NCBI RefSeq assembly: GCF_006345805.1 | Contig: NC_043003.1 | Coordinates: forward strand, 29,016,001-29,080,000 | From: Octopus sinensis | Taxonomy: Eukaryota | Length of the DNA: 64,000 bases | Direction: 5' to 3' | Notes under the pieces: model-generated | The model's database searches: none | The model's input: the letters and a program-made list of their open reading frames with translations, nothing else | Told to the model about the DNA's origin: nothing | Program-made: the position numbers and the translations under genes | In this document: positions 26,851 through 39,727 of the stretch, piece after piece | Position numbering within the stretch: position 1 is the first letter of the stretch | Layout of the letters: every line of letters starts with the position of its first letter

Positions 26851-28288
26851 CTCCTCCTCTCCACCTCCCTTTTCTTTCCTTTCACTTTCGCCATTCTCCT
26901 CCTCTACTTCTCCTCAGTTCTTCTTATTTCTTATCTTTCTCCTCGGATCTACTTTTCATTTTTCTTTGTACTCTCTCCATTTTATTTCCACCACACCTTA
27001 CCCTCTACTCTCCTCTTTCTTTTTATACCTCCCTTCCTTTTATTATCTTCATTTCGTCTTCATTTTCCCTTCTCACTCTCACTCGCTCTCTCTCTTTCCC
27101 TCTCTTCTTCCTCATTCTCTTCTTTCCATCTCAACACCTTCTATCCATTTTCTCCGGTCACAGTGAAGGTTAAAAAGGAAGTTGGATTTCCATGATGAAT
27201 AACGTTCAATATCAAATACGCATACATGCATGCATACATACATACATACATACATACATGCATACATACATACATGCATGCATACATACATACATACATA
27301 CATGCATACACACATACATGCATGCATGCATGCATACCTACATACGTACAAACACAGGCATATTTATAGTCCTGCAAAATGCACACAAGTGCATATACAT
27401 ACATACAGAGGCGAAAATGTATGCATACATGCATACATATTTTTATATAGGTGTGGATGTACATATATGAGTGTGTATATATATATAGGTATGTGTGTGT
27501 GTGTGCGTGTGTGTGTACAGGTATGTCTTTGAATGCTTCTATGGATATACATGTATCCAAGTAAGTATAAATGCATACATGCTTTAATGTGTGTGTATAT
27601 GCATGCTTATATATATGTATGCACGCATGCATTTCTATGTTTATCTATGTAAGCATGAATTCATGCATGTGTGTGTACATGTGCATCTGCATTTATATGT
27701 GTGCATGAATGTATTGATGGTTGTATGCATAAATGAGCGTTTATGTGTGTATGCGTGTGTATATATGGTTGAGGTAACTCAGCGTACACATATACATGCA
27801 TATATGTATGCACACACACACATATAATAGTATTGCTCCATGTGCATTTGTGCATGTGTGCATGCGTGCACTCCGATGCATGCATTTAATGGTACAAACG
27901 TGCATTGGTGTAGAGATGTGTGCAACTACGTACATGTAGTTTTGCACGTATGTCTCTGAGGAATACATTTTTTTCTGTGAATGCATTACTGTGCACAATA
28001 AATGCACATAACTGTGTCAGTGAATGTATACGTATATGCATAAATAAGTATGTGTGTGAGTCTACGCATGTATGCGTGTATGCATATGAAAATATAAGTA
28101 CATATACATAGACACTTATACATATACAAATCATTGTACTAATATACACACACACATATATGTATATCTGCATATAAACGCATACATAAACATATATATA
28201 GATATGTATATATGCATATATATACATGCATATATACATACATACAAACGTACGCATGAATATACATATGTATGAATATATATATGTG

Positions 28289-28355
<67 letters not shown>

Positions 28356-28386
28356 GGAGGGAGAGATAGATAGATAGATAGATAGC

Positions 28387-28434
<48 letters not shown>

Positions 28435-28862
28435 CAGATAGATAGATAGATAGATATACATGCACATACATATATGTTCTATATGTGTATGTATCTATGT
28501 ATGTGTGCGTATGTATGTGTGTGTACGTATTTGTGCAGAGAGAGAGAGAGAGAGGTGGGGGTAGACTGAGGAAGAGAGGAAGAGTGTGAGGAAGAAATAG
28601 AAAGGGAGAGGTGTCAAAATTGTCCTTTATCAATTCGATAGAGATAAATCCTTACTGGAGGGGATAACGTTTGCTTTAATGGATTAACTTCTAAAGATTT
28701 TCATCTTTGTAGATTATACACTGTGACGCACACACATGTTAACGCAAACAGACACAAACATACATACATACATACACGCACACATATATATGCACGCAGG
28801 GATATAAATATAGATACATGTGTGTGTGGTGTGTGTGTGTGTGTGTGTAGTGAGATAAAGAG

Positions 28863-28929
<67 letters not shown>

Positions 28930-29060
28930 GTTGAAGGCAAAAACCAAAGATTTTCAGACAATGAATGTTGAAGCAAAAAAGTAAAAATACATAGCTAGTT
29001 ATACATTAACAGAGCAAACTTACACAGTAGATTAAAGGGGAGAAAGTATGGTGCTACAAG

Positions 29061-29139
29061 TCCGACAGCTGTTTCTGAGGGCTCGAAGTTACTTCAAACG
29101 TTATGAAGTAACTCCGTTCTCTCAGAAACAGCTGTTGGA
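29061..29139. other. 79-nt near-perfect hairpin (36-bp stem, 7-nt loop)
   Basis: tccgacagctgtttctgagggctcgaagttacttca-aacgtta-tgaagtaactccgttctctcagaaacagctgttgga. Three mismatches and two G-U pairs. Confidence 0.9.
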
Positions 29140-29290
29140 TTTCTAACACTATACGTTCTCACCTTTAATCTCCTGTTGTTTTTTGTACTCTGTGTAAGTT
29201 TGCTCTGTAAATATATATTAATGTATATTTATACTTGAATATTCATTGTCCGAACATTTTCTGTGTTTGCTTTCTCTCTATTTACATGTA

Positions 29291-29327
<37 letters not shown>

Positions 29328-29374
29328 TTTGTATATCAAACCCGAGCATTGAATTTGCCTTTAGTAGCTGTTAA

Positions 29375-29770
29375 GGTGGCGAGCTGGCAGAAACGTTAGC
29401 ACGCCGGGCGAAATGCGTAGTCGTATTTCGTCTGCCGTTACGTTCTGAGTTCAAATTCCGCCGAGGTCGACTTTGTCATCCTTTCGGGGTCGATAAATTA
29501 AGTACCAGTTATGCACTGGGGTCGATATAATCGACTTAATCCGTTTGTCTGTCCTTGCTTGTCCTCTCTGTGTTTAGCCCCTTGTGGGTAGTAAAGAAAT
29601 AGGTATTTCGTCTGCCGCTACGTTCTAAGTTAAAATTCCGCCGAGGTCAACTTTGCCTTTCATCCTTCAGGGTCAATAAATTAACTACCAGTTGCGTACT
29701 GCGGTTGATGTAATCGACTGGTCCCCTCCCTCCAAATTTCGGGCCTTGTGCCTAGAGCAGAAAAGAATAT
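29375..29770 (+). mobile_element. SINE family B composite
   Basis: ggtggcgagctggcagaaacgttagcacgccgggcgaaatgc head, nearly identical to 6415-6640, followed by a second partial unit. Confidence 0.9.
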
Positions 29771-30207
29771 ATAAATATCTGTACATTTATACTTGAATAT
29801 TCATTGTCCGAACATTTTCAGTGTTTGCTTTCTGAACCCGAGCACTGAATTTGTCTTTAGCAGCTGAAATATGTCAAACGTATTTTAACTAACCAAAAGT
29901 TTGCTTATGCCTAAACACTGCTTGGCGCTGATATTACTGTAATTTTCATGACGTTGGCGGTCAACTAGTACATATCAGTCATTGTTGTTGACTGTATTCT
30001 ATTTAAAGTCAACGGCTTTAATTAGGTCTGTCCAGAGCTGCCTCTTTTGGTATTTTCAATTGATAACCACTGAAGAGCTAGAAAAATCGATGTCTGGGAA
30101 TCCGACCGGCGGCAGCACTGAACAGACATAGTTTATTTTACATCTTTTTACCATAAGAGGAAGCTTTTTTCTCCACGATGATGGCACTGAATTTGATAAC
30201 TTATTTG

Positions 30208-30254
<47 letters not shown>

Positions 30255-30397
30255 AAGATTAATCAGCCGAAATTGCTACGATGATCCGGTTCTTGACTGA
30301 AGATTGAGGGCTTCGAATGTCCCGTCCGTGTTTTTTGTATCGTCTTCTAGGTTTTGCGTTCTTGTCCCAGTTTGTATTTTTCTACATATATAATAAT

Positions 30398-30471
<74 letters not shown>

Positions 30472-30795
30472 ATATATATATGATTGATTGATTGATTGAT
30501 TCCAGTTTCAGCTCATATATTTCAAATAAGTTGTCATTATCTATAAAAATAATGATAAAGTGACCAGCAAACATAATCCAAAGAAGCAGACTATATAATA
30601 AAAAGCCAGGGTATAATATGAACCTGTTTGCTTGAAAAAGGACTTAAAAGCCTCCAAAATCGCGCATCTCTCACTATATGTAAATACGCACGGAGAATAC
30701 AGCAAATATTTCTCCAGAACAGTCCTCCCACTTGTAAAATACGCTTAGTAAAATAACTCCTATTTCAAGCAAACAGGTACATATTGTACCATGAC

Positions 30796-30858
<63 letters not shown>

Positions 30859-31047
30859 TATGTTTGACTTTTGCTTTATGTTTGTACAAGTTGGCTCCAA
30901 GTCTCACCCAGAGACCTCAAGAGACAACAGGTTGGAAGTTCACGTTGTTGTTATGCCTAGTGTGCCATATATTGGGGGTTTTTTGGTGTTGTACTAGTGA
31001 ATGTCTAATAAATAATGAAAAAAAATTATTATTATTTGATTATTATC

Positions 31048-31093
<46 letters not shown>

Positions 31094-31318
31094 ATATATT
31101 ATATATATTGCACACAAATGAATGTATATATGAATGCTTGAATGTGCGTATGAGTGTGTTTCTGTGTTTGAGTACAGAAATATAGTGGCGTGTACGGCCG
31201 AAGGTGTAAAGGTCTTTATTTCTCAATTCCCGTATTTCCCGATGTCGAAGATACTTCGTCCTCCAGGACGCACCCTAATTTTGACAACCAAAAAATTTGA
31301 AAAAATATAATAAAAATA

Positions 31319-31585
31319 GTGGAGGCGCGTGGCTTAGTGGTTAGGGTGTCAGCATCATGATCGTAAGATTATGGTTTCGATTCCTGGACCGGGTGACGCG
31401 TTGTGTTCTTGAGCAAAACACTACATTTCACGTTGCTCCTGTCCACTCAGCTGGCAAACATGAGTGACATTGCTATGGACTGGCGTCTTGTCCAGCTGGG
31501 GAACACATACGCCACTGAAACCGGGAAACTGGGCCCATGAGCCTGGCTAGGCTTTAAAAGGGCGCATTTATATATTTTTTTAATA
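31319..31585 (+). mobile_element. tRNA-derived SINE family C
   Basis: A-box TGGCTTAGTGG, B-box GTTTCGATTCC, core gtgttcttgagcaaaacact. Confidence 0.9.
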
Positions 31586-32104
31586 ATAAACATAAAAATA
31601 AGGTCCCTGCACTTCGGGGCTTGTTACCTTTACAGATGTAATGGAAAAAGAACATCACTGTAACTTCTAGCACGCCACTTAAAATATTACTAGCATTTAT
31701 TTTGGCTGTTCGTCTAATACATATTTGCGCTATTCCTTACGTTGGTTAACCGTGACCGCCACCCGTTGTAACTCCACACTCGCGTCTGCAAAACTAAGAA
31801 AAGGCAGCACTCACCTACCTTACCAATTTGTTTTGTGGGACCGTCAGTACAGAAACATGGTATGGTAAGTTTATTCTCAAAGTTTACCCCTACCGTTACG
31901 TACTTACTGTAATACTGAAAGTAAAGTACGACAGGGATGGATTCAGGAGGGGGTATAAGGGTTTGCAACCCTCACTCCACCAACCAAGAAATTTTCAAAT
32001 TTGACTGTTTTGTTTAAATATGTATGATGAAAAGCATATTTTTGTACCTGCAAAAAACAATCCTTGAAGTAAAATAAGGATTACAGTAAAATGTATACAA
32101 TACT

Positions 32105-32497
32105 CTTTTACTCTTTTACTTGTTTCAGTCATTTGACTGCGGCTATGCTGGAGCACCGCCTTTAGTCGAGGAAATCGACCCCTGAACTTATTCTTTGTAA
32201 GCCTAGTACTTATTCTATCGGTCTTTTTTGTCGAACTGCTAAGTTACGGGGACGTAAACACACTAGCATCGGTTGTCAAGCGATTTTGGGTGGGGGACAA
32301 TCACAGACACATAAACACGCCCCCCCACACATATATATATATATACGACGCGCTTCTTTCAATTTCCGTCTACCAAATCCGCTCACAAGGCTTTGGTCGG
32401 CCCGAGGCTATAATAGAAGACACTTGCCCAAGTGGGAATGAACCAGGAACCATGTGGTTGGTAAGCAAGCTACTTACCACACAGTCACTCCTGCGCC
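32105..32497 (-). mobile_element. SINE family A
   Basis: Reverse match to 62639-63070. Confidence 0.9.
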
Positions 32498-32804
32498 TAA
32501 AAACATTTCAATCATAAAATACTGAAAATATTTTGCTTGTTGCTACCATTTATAGAAGTACCACACAAACATAACATCCCAAATAGAATAAAATATAAAC
32601 AGAACAGAGATTAATATCTGCACTGTTGAAATATTACAAATAAGTAAAACATAATTTAATCTTCAAATTCTGAAAATATTTCACGTTATTACCATTTGTA
32701 AAAATTTAACACGGACATGACAAAACAAACGTCACAATTAAGTTACAATGGGAAAAGATTAAGAAGTGAATAAATATTAAACGTACGAATATAAGGAAAA
32801 CATT

Positions 32805-33565
32805 TTACTCTTCAAATCCTGAAAACTGACTGCAGTCATCCATTTCCCCAAAACCAGAAGAATCAACCGGGTCACCAAAACTGTCCGAAGTGTCACTATC
32901 TTCAAACAGAATGTCATCTTCTGTGCCATCTAATGCATTACTGACGCCACATTTCAAAAAAGATTCCACTACTACTTCAGTTTTCACACTGTTCCATGAT
33001 TTCAGGATCCATTCGCAAACCTGAGCAATAGATGGCCTTTTCAAACAAGCTGTTGATGTTAGGTCATGGTCCTTGGCTCTCATCCACTGATTCCACTCTT
33101 CTTTCATAAATGCCTTAAAAGGCTTGTTGATTGATAGATCCAGTGGCTGTAATTGGCTTGGGATCACTGCCATTTTCGTTTTCAATTTCTGTACCCTATC
33201 TTTGACAGCCTTTGTTTTGTGGGCACGAAGCTAGTCCCACACAAGAAGGAATATTTTTTTTAAGGAGACTACCAGAACGCCTTGACCAGACCTTATCTAG
33301 AATCATTTCATTCCCTCTTCATCCATCCACCCCTTTGGGTGGACGTGAACAAAAATTCTACGTGGAATTTTGTCTTTTGGTAAAGTTTCCCCCTTGAAAA
33401 TAAGCAGCGGTGGCAGTTTTGTTCCATCAGTACAACACAATAGTATCGCAGTGTAATGGGTTTTCTCATGTCCATATGTCTTTACACTTACAGTTTTGGA
33501 CCCTTTAACATCCACTGTTCTATTTGATACCACATCCATTTTCCCGATCTGGCCCGGTACGTAGT

Positions 33566-33616
<51 letters not shown>

Positions 33617-34530
33617 TTTTGTTTTTTTTGTTTTCGCTCTGAAGCCTGCGAAATTGGATTATTTTGTCATCATAATCTTCAGACATTTTTTGTGGTATTC
33701 TTGTTTTCATCATTCATATTGCCAGTCCATGCCTCTTCATAAATCTATAACACCAGCTTGATGTACCACGAAAATCATCCAGACCTCTTGCGCTGCTGTT
33801 ACTTTTGATTCATAAATAATCATTTTTAATTGATTGATGCTGCAAGACCCGAATTCTTCTCCACAACTATCCTCCATTTCTTGCCCCAGTTCTGGCCACT
33901 TAGCTGCAGTCTGATGCAGTTACGTTAAGTAGTGATGCAGGCTTCAACAGTCCTTTTGTTTTTTTTGTTTTTCGCTCTGAAGCCTGCGAAATTGGATTAT
34001 TTTGTCATCATAATCTTCAGACATTTTTTGTGGTATTCTTGTTTTCATTCTCATTGCCAGTCCATGCCTCTTCATAAATCTATAACACCAGCTTGATGTA
34101 CCACGAAAATCATCCAGACCTCTTGCTGCTGCTGTTACTTTTGATTCATAAATAATCATTTTTATTGATGCTGCAAGACCCGAATTCTTCTCCACAACTA
34201 TCCACTCCATTTCTTGCCCCAGTTCTGGCCACTTAGCTGCAGTCTGATGCAGGTTACGTTTAAGTATTGATGCAGGCTTCAACAGGTCCTTTTGTTTTTT
34301 TTGTTGTTTTTTTTTGTTTTTTTTTTTGTTTTTTTTTTTTTTTGTTGTTTTTTTTTTACAATAGTGGATCATTTGTTCAATTGGCGGTGCTACAAAATGC
34401 CTCTCTGCAACCGTGATGTCATGCTGTTTGGCATATTCAATCACTTGTAGCTTGTAGCCGATTGTATAAGAGTATCTTGAGGTTGCCACAATAACAACGG
34501 TTGTGCTAAAGATTTTAAGTAAAATCTTCT
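32805..34530 (-). pseudogene. pogo-family transposase (Brinker-like/CENP-B HTH plus DDE_1)
   Basis: RYSYTIGYKLQVIEYAKQH; KWPELGQEMEWI; FRGTSSWCYRFMKRHGL; KTYGHEKTHYTAILLCCTDGTKLPPLLIFKG; KGWMDEEGMK; IPSQLQPLDLSINKPFK; VVESFLKCGVSNALDGTEDD. Frameshifted. Confidence 0.9.
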
Positions 34531-34863
34531 GAAGTTGCGGATCACTCCCAACGTCAGCAGGTCCAGGTTTGAACTGGTTAAGACCATGGTTTTCAGAGAT
34601 CAAGGTGGAAGCTTATGTTGCTGTCTGAACACAACATGTTTACTTACAGAAAGTAAGTGGCAACTGAACGCAACACAGAAAGTAAATTTGCTCGTAAACC
34701 CTTTTTAATGTTCCTCAGTTCTACATCTTTCGTCACATAAATATATTCCCTTAAAGTTATGTTGCTTGAAGAGCAGCATGGCCACAGCTCATAAGCTGAA
34801 ACTAGAATCAATCAATCAATCAATCATGTAAAATATCACTCCTCAGTTGCCTCGTCTAACATA

Positions 34864-35126
34864 AATAATAATAAATGCGCCCTTTTTAAAGCCTAGCAAG
34901 TCTCATGGGCCCAGTTTCCCGGTTTCTATGGCGTATGTGTTCCCCAGCTGGACGGGACGCCAGTTCATCGCAGCGTTACTCATTTTTGCCAGCTGAGTGG
35001 ACTGGAGCAACGTGAAATGAAGTGTTTTGCTCAAGAACACAACGCGTCGCCCGGTCCAGGATTCGAAACCACAATCTTACGATCATGGTGCTGACGCCCT
35101 AGCCACTAAGCCACGCGCCTCCACTT
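34864..35126 (-). mobile_element. SINE family C with 13-bp TSD
   Basis: Reverse match to 31319-31585. ctcgtctaacata at 34851-34863 and 35127-35139. Confidence 0.92.
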
Positions 35127-35681
35127 CTCGTCTAACATACTCTGCTCATATTTTTATGATGCTTTTGTTTATTAACGACTCTAACAAAGTATAATTTACA
35201 CACTTCACTGAGCGGTCATACACAGGCGTTCAGATTACTGGCTAGCATAGATAATTTTCCTCTGGGCTTAATATATGCCTATCAAAAATGTAACTTTCGG
35301 GCTTCAGGACGCATGGTAGATATTCGAGGGTTATTTTAAGGAAAAAAAGTAGCGTCTTCGACGCCGGGAAATACGGTGTATTGTTCCAGTTTCGATGTCA
35401 CTGGGTAAAGTGTTTGGTTGACGCAATCAGCGTGAGTTAAGCAGGGGAATAAAACCTAGACGGAATATGTTGGTTGACTCTTATTTTGATTTCAAAGAGC
35501 CAAACATATCGCATGACCCTGGTTCTACCTGAGAAATACGTTAAAGTTGCTGATGACTGTGGCATATTCAGCCATACTTATTATTATTAGTATTATATTA
35601 GTATTTAGAACCGACGTAGAAATCATGTTTCTGTTTTACTGTTGTTGTTATTTTTATGCACCTTTGACGGATATATGCAGA

Positions 35682-35860
35682 GAAGAAGAAGAAGAAGAAG
35701 AAGAAGAAGAAGAGAAGAAGAGAAGAAGAAGAGATAGAAGAAGAAGAAGAAGAAGAGAAGAAGAAGAAAAGAAGAAAGAAGAGAAGAAGAAGAAGAAGAA
35801 GAAGAAGAAGAAGAAGAAGAAGAAGAAGAAGAAGAAGAAGAAGAAGAAGAAGAAGAAGAA
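35682..35860. repeat. (GAA)n tract
   Basis: Directly visible. Confidence 0.95.
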
Positions 35861-35933
35861 GATCACCATCATCATCATTATGTTTACAGACTAAACAGAC
35901 AGATAGAAACACAGACATACAAGTAGATAAAGC

Positions 35934-35934
<1 letters not shown>

Positions 35935-36013
<79 letters not shown>

Positions 36014-36141
36014 TGTTTCTTTATTAACCACACAGGGCTGCACACCAGATGGGACAAATTACAAGGTAGAGCTTTTCTTTTTGGGGAGAAAAAAAGAGGC
36101 GGGTAGGTTTTCGATCAAAAGGGATCGTAAAAAGGAAAGAA

Positions 36142-36224
<83 letters not shown>

Positions 36225-36352
36225 TGTTTCTTTATTAACCACACAGGGCTGCACACCAGATGGGACAAATTACAAGGTAGAGCTTTTCTTTTTGGGGAGA
36301 AAAAAAGAGGCGGGTAGGTTTTCGATCAAAAGGGATCGTAAAAAGGAAAGAA

Positions 36353-36420
<68 letters not shown>
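35935..36420. repeat. (GATA)n arrays with a ~130-bp unique core duplicated at 211-bp period
   Basis: tatgtttctttattaaccacacagggctg…aaggaaagaaa at 36012 and 36223. Confidence 0.95.
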
Positions 36421-37407
36421 TATCTATCTGTCTTTCTATCTCCGTAAACGAACAGTGCAGATAGTGTTCGTTTATGATTGTCAACTCATCACTTGATTTG
36501 AAAGGACGTGACTGACATCATACACAGTTTCATAACATCAACGGAAGCTGTTGTTACTGCTGCTCTACCCCAGCGCTATGGCTCATGCTGCTGCTGCCGC
36601 GGCTGCTGCGGTTGTTACAGCAACTGTTGCTTCTGTTGCTGTTGCTGTTGCTGTTGCTGGTGTTAAACATCAGCCTCCTTCTTCTCTTTTTTCCGTCAGT
36701 AAGCAAACGTCAAGGCCCTACTCATGTACGTAAAATGTTTTCTACGTGATTTCATCATCCGACTTAAAATAGAAAACAAACGGTTTGTGTATGGAGTGCA
36801 GGGATGGTCGGCAGGCGGTATGCTTAACAAGTTCATTTCGCAGCCACGTGGTTTCGGGTTCAATCCCACAATCTTGCATGTTTTAAATGCCCCTGCCCAT
36901 CCACCTCTTTAGGCAAATATCGTAAGGGTCTTCCTACGGCCCTCGGCTCCAACAATTGTTCCTTGAGAATGAAATATGATAAACAAAAATCGGATAGCAA
37001 GAAGTTCTGTCGAAGGGGGAGACGGGATCGATGCTGTGTTTTGATCAGTAGCTGTCACCCTGTTTACAAACATCACGTGGTCGTTGTTCCTTCTAATCTA
37101 GATATAGGCAAACTTTTTCGACAATCGGGCTGCATGAGACATTGCTCGTCACTTGGCGGGCCGCACTACTAAAAAGAAAACTGAAGGTAATTTTTCGTTA
37201 GAAATTTACGTTATAGGGGTCGATATGTAATTAACGATTCCACGAAAGGGTCAATGGCACCGGCCCATAGCCCATGGATTAAGATCCATAGAGGCCCTGA
37301 GCACTTAAAAGCTTACATATACATGTAATTTAAAATATAAACAAGAATAAACCACGATCTTTTATTTTTCGAAATGAAACGAAACAGTAATTTATTTTAT
37401 TCTTTTA

Positions 37408-37530
37408 TTTGTTTCAGTCATTTGACTGCGGCCATGCTGGAGCACGACCTTTAATCGAACAAATCGACCCCAGGACATATTCTTTGTAAGCCTAGTACTT
37501 ATTGTATCGGTCTCTTTTGCCGAACCACTA
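37408..37530 (-). mobile_element. Partial SINE family A (3' end)
   Basis: cagtcatttgactgcggccatgctggagcac…gccgaaccactaagtt. Confidence 0.85.
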
Positions 37531-37596
37531 AGTTCGGTTGTCCAGCAATGGTGGGGGTACAAAACACATACACACAAACACACATACATACATACA

Positions 37597-37632
<36 letters not shown>

Positions 37633-37673
37633 CATATATATATATATATAATTATATATATATAATATATATA

Positions 37674-37729
<56 letters not shown>

Positions 37730-37957
37730 GTACTGGCTTTCATGGGAATCATGTATTTTCGTGGTTGAAACCTTTTGGATTAACTGGTGCTAGAGTGAGC
37801 AATATAGTGACCACTCTCTTATATTTATTTTGTAAAAATATTATAATATGTTATAAAATATTATAATAATCCAGGTTTCTCGTAGCACTAGGCCACTTGG
37901 TGTCGAATAAATATACTATTAAATTAGTATCTAATTCTCTCACCCTTATTAATTAAT

Positions 37958-37992
<35 letters not shown>

Positions 37993-37995
37993 AAT

Positions 37996-38295
37996 TTTAA
38001 AAAGTAGGAGAAAACTTTTCAAATGGAAATGAAAAGTTAAACTATACAAAAACAACTATTTTTTTCCATCATAGGCGCAGGTATGGCTGTGTGGTAAGCT
38101 GCTTGCTTACCAACCACATGGTTCCGAGTTCAGTCTCACTGCGTGGCACCTTGGGCAAGTGTCTTCTACTACTGAACCCGGAACTATGTTGTTGGTAAGC
38201 AAACAAATTACCACACAGCCACTCCTGCATGGCAAAAAATTGCATAGTTCCACTTTTTATTTCCATTTGAAAAGTTTTCTCCTACTTTTTTAAAT
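37996..38295. repeat. ~300-nt foldback made of unique flank plus SINE A head duplicated in inverted orientation
   Basis: Left arm 37996-38134 versus right arm 38171-38295 (aaaaagtaggagaaaacttttcaaatggaaat / atttccatttgaaaagttttctcctacttttt; gttcagt / actgaac). Confidence 0.85.
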
Positions 38296-38971
38296 TGCAA
38301 ATTCTTTGATAAGAACTTCACTGTGATACCATGAACACTTCGAAATTATATTTTCGATCGTATAAACCATTTCGAATATCATTTTAGCATGTTTAAAGTG
38401 ATTTCTTTTGTGCCGTAGACCATTTACCATTTCAGTTGTGTTCCCACCTTCCATTGATGCCGCCCTAAGTACGAGCTTATTTTGCTTAACGGTTAATCTA
38501 GTGCTAGATGCAAGACTCTCTCAAGAGAAATGCTATTGATGTGGCCTGATGTAGATTGGTATTAGATTTGTTAGAGGCATTATTGTCAGAAAGAACGTAG
38601 CGAGAGGAATATAATTTTCCCCAAGGCCCTTTAAGAAATGCCAATCAACCTCAAAAGGAAGAAAAGAAAAGTTGGCCTCTGCGTCATTTCAACACAGAGC
38701 GAAGAGATTTTGGAAGAAATTCCTCAAAGTATTATACGTTCTAACAATTCTACTTATTTGCCGAACTGTTTTAGAAACCGATAAGAAATCAATGAGCACA
38801 AGAGAATTCAATGTTAGGCACAAGAAGGTTAGTAGCTGTCAAAAATTAGGTTATGTATAGTAATGCATAGCATTGTGTGTGTGTGTGTGTATGTGTGTAT
38901 GTGTGTGTGCGTGATGTAGGTTCGGTAATGCAAACAATAACTTAAAACATAAATATATGTATGTATGCATG

Positions 38972-39010
<39 letters not shown>

Positions 39011-39204
39011 ACACACATGAATTTCTTTCCTTAATAATCGGCAAAAGCTAGAGTAACTCAAGGACTGAGAGTTTCTCTTTTTATTTATTTGTTTATTTAT
39101 TTATTTTGTTCTCCCTCCATTTTTCCTCTCTCAGTCCTTTCTTTTGAAAAGTGTAGCCTCGAAACGTCAAAGATTGTCTTTGCCTTTTGCTTTCTGTAAA
39201 TTTG

Positions 39205-39257
<53 letters not shown>

Positions 39258-39267
<10 letters not shown>

Positions 39268-39387
39268 GGTTCCGGGTTCAGTTCTACTGCGTGACACCTG
39301 GGCAAGTGTCTTCTACTATAGCCTCGAGCCGACCAAAGTGAGTGGATTTGGTAGACGGAAACTGAAAGGAGCCTGTCGTATATATAC

Positions 39388-39425
<38 letters not shown>

Positions 39426-39625
39426 GTGTGTTCCCCACTACCACCACCATCGCTTGACAACCGATGTAGGTGTGCTTACGTTCCTGTCACTTAGCGGTTC
39501 GGAAAAAGAGACGGATAGAATAAGTACTAAGCTTACAAAGAATAAGTCCTCTGGTCGATTTGTTCGACCAAAGACGGTGCTCCAGCATGGCCGCAGTCAA
39601 GTGACTGAAACAAAAAAAGAAAAAA
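39258..39625 (+). mobile_element. 5'-truncated SINE family A
   Basis: ggttccgggttcagttctactgcgtgacacctgggcaagtgtc … gactgaaac. Confidence 0.85.
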
Positions 39626-39634
39626 GAATAAAAG

Positions 39635-39727
<93 letters not shown>

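Larger units (their letters stand above)
31230..35376 (-). mobile_element. pogo/Tigger-like DNA transposon with TIRs, decayed transposase and nested SINEs
   Basis: TIRs ccgtatttcccgatgtcgaagatac (31230-31254) and gcgtcttcgacgccgggaaatacgg (35352-35376) match 21/25. Transposase pieces are listed in the next feature. Confidence 0.8.

Noticed and set aside
36444-36475. 10-bp inverted repeat taaacgaaca/tgttcgttta
   Set aside because: Short enough to occur by chance in 64 kb of AT-rich DNA.
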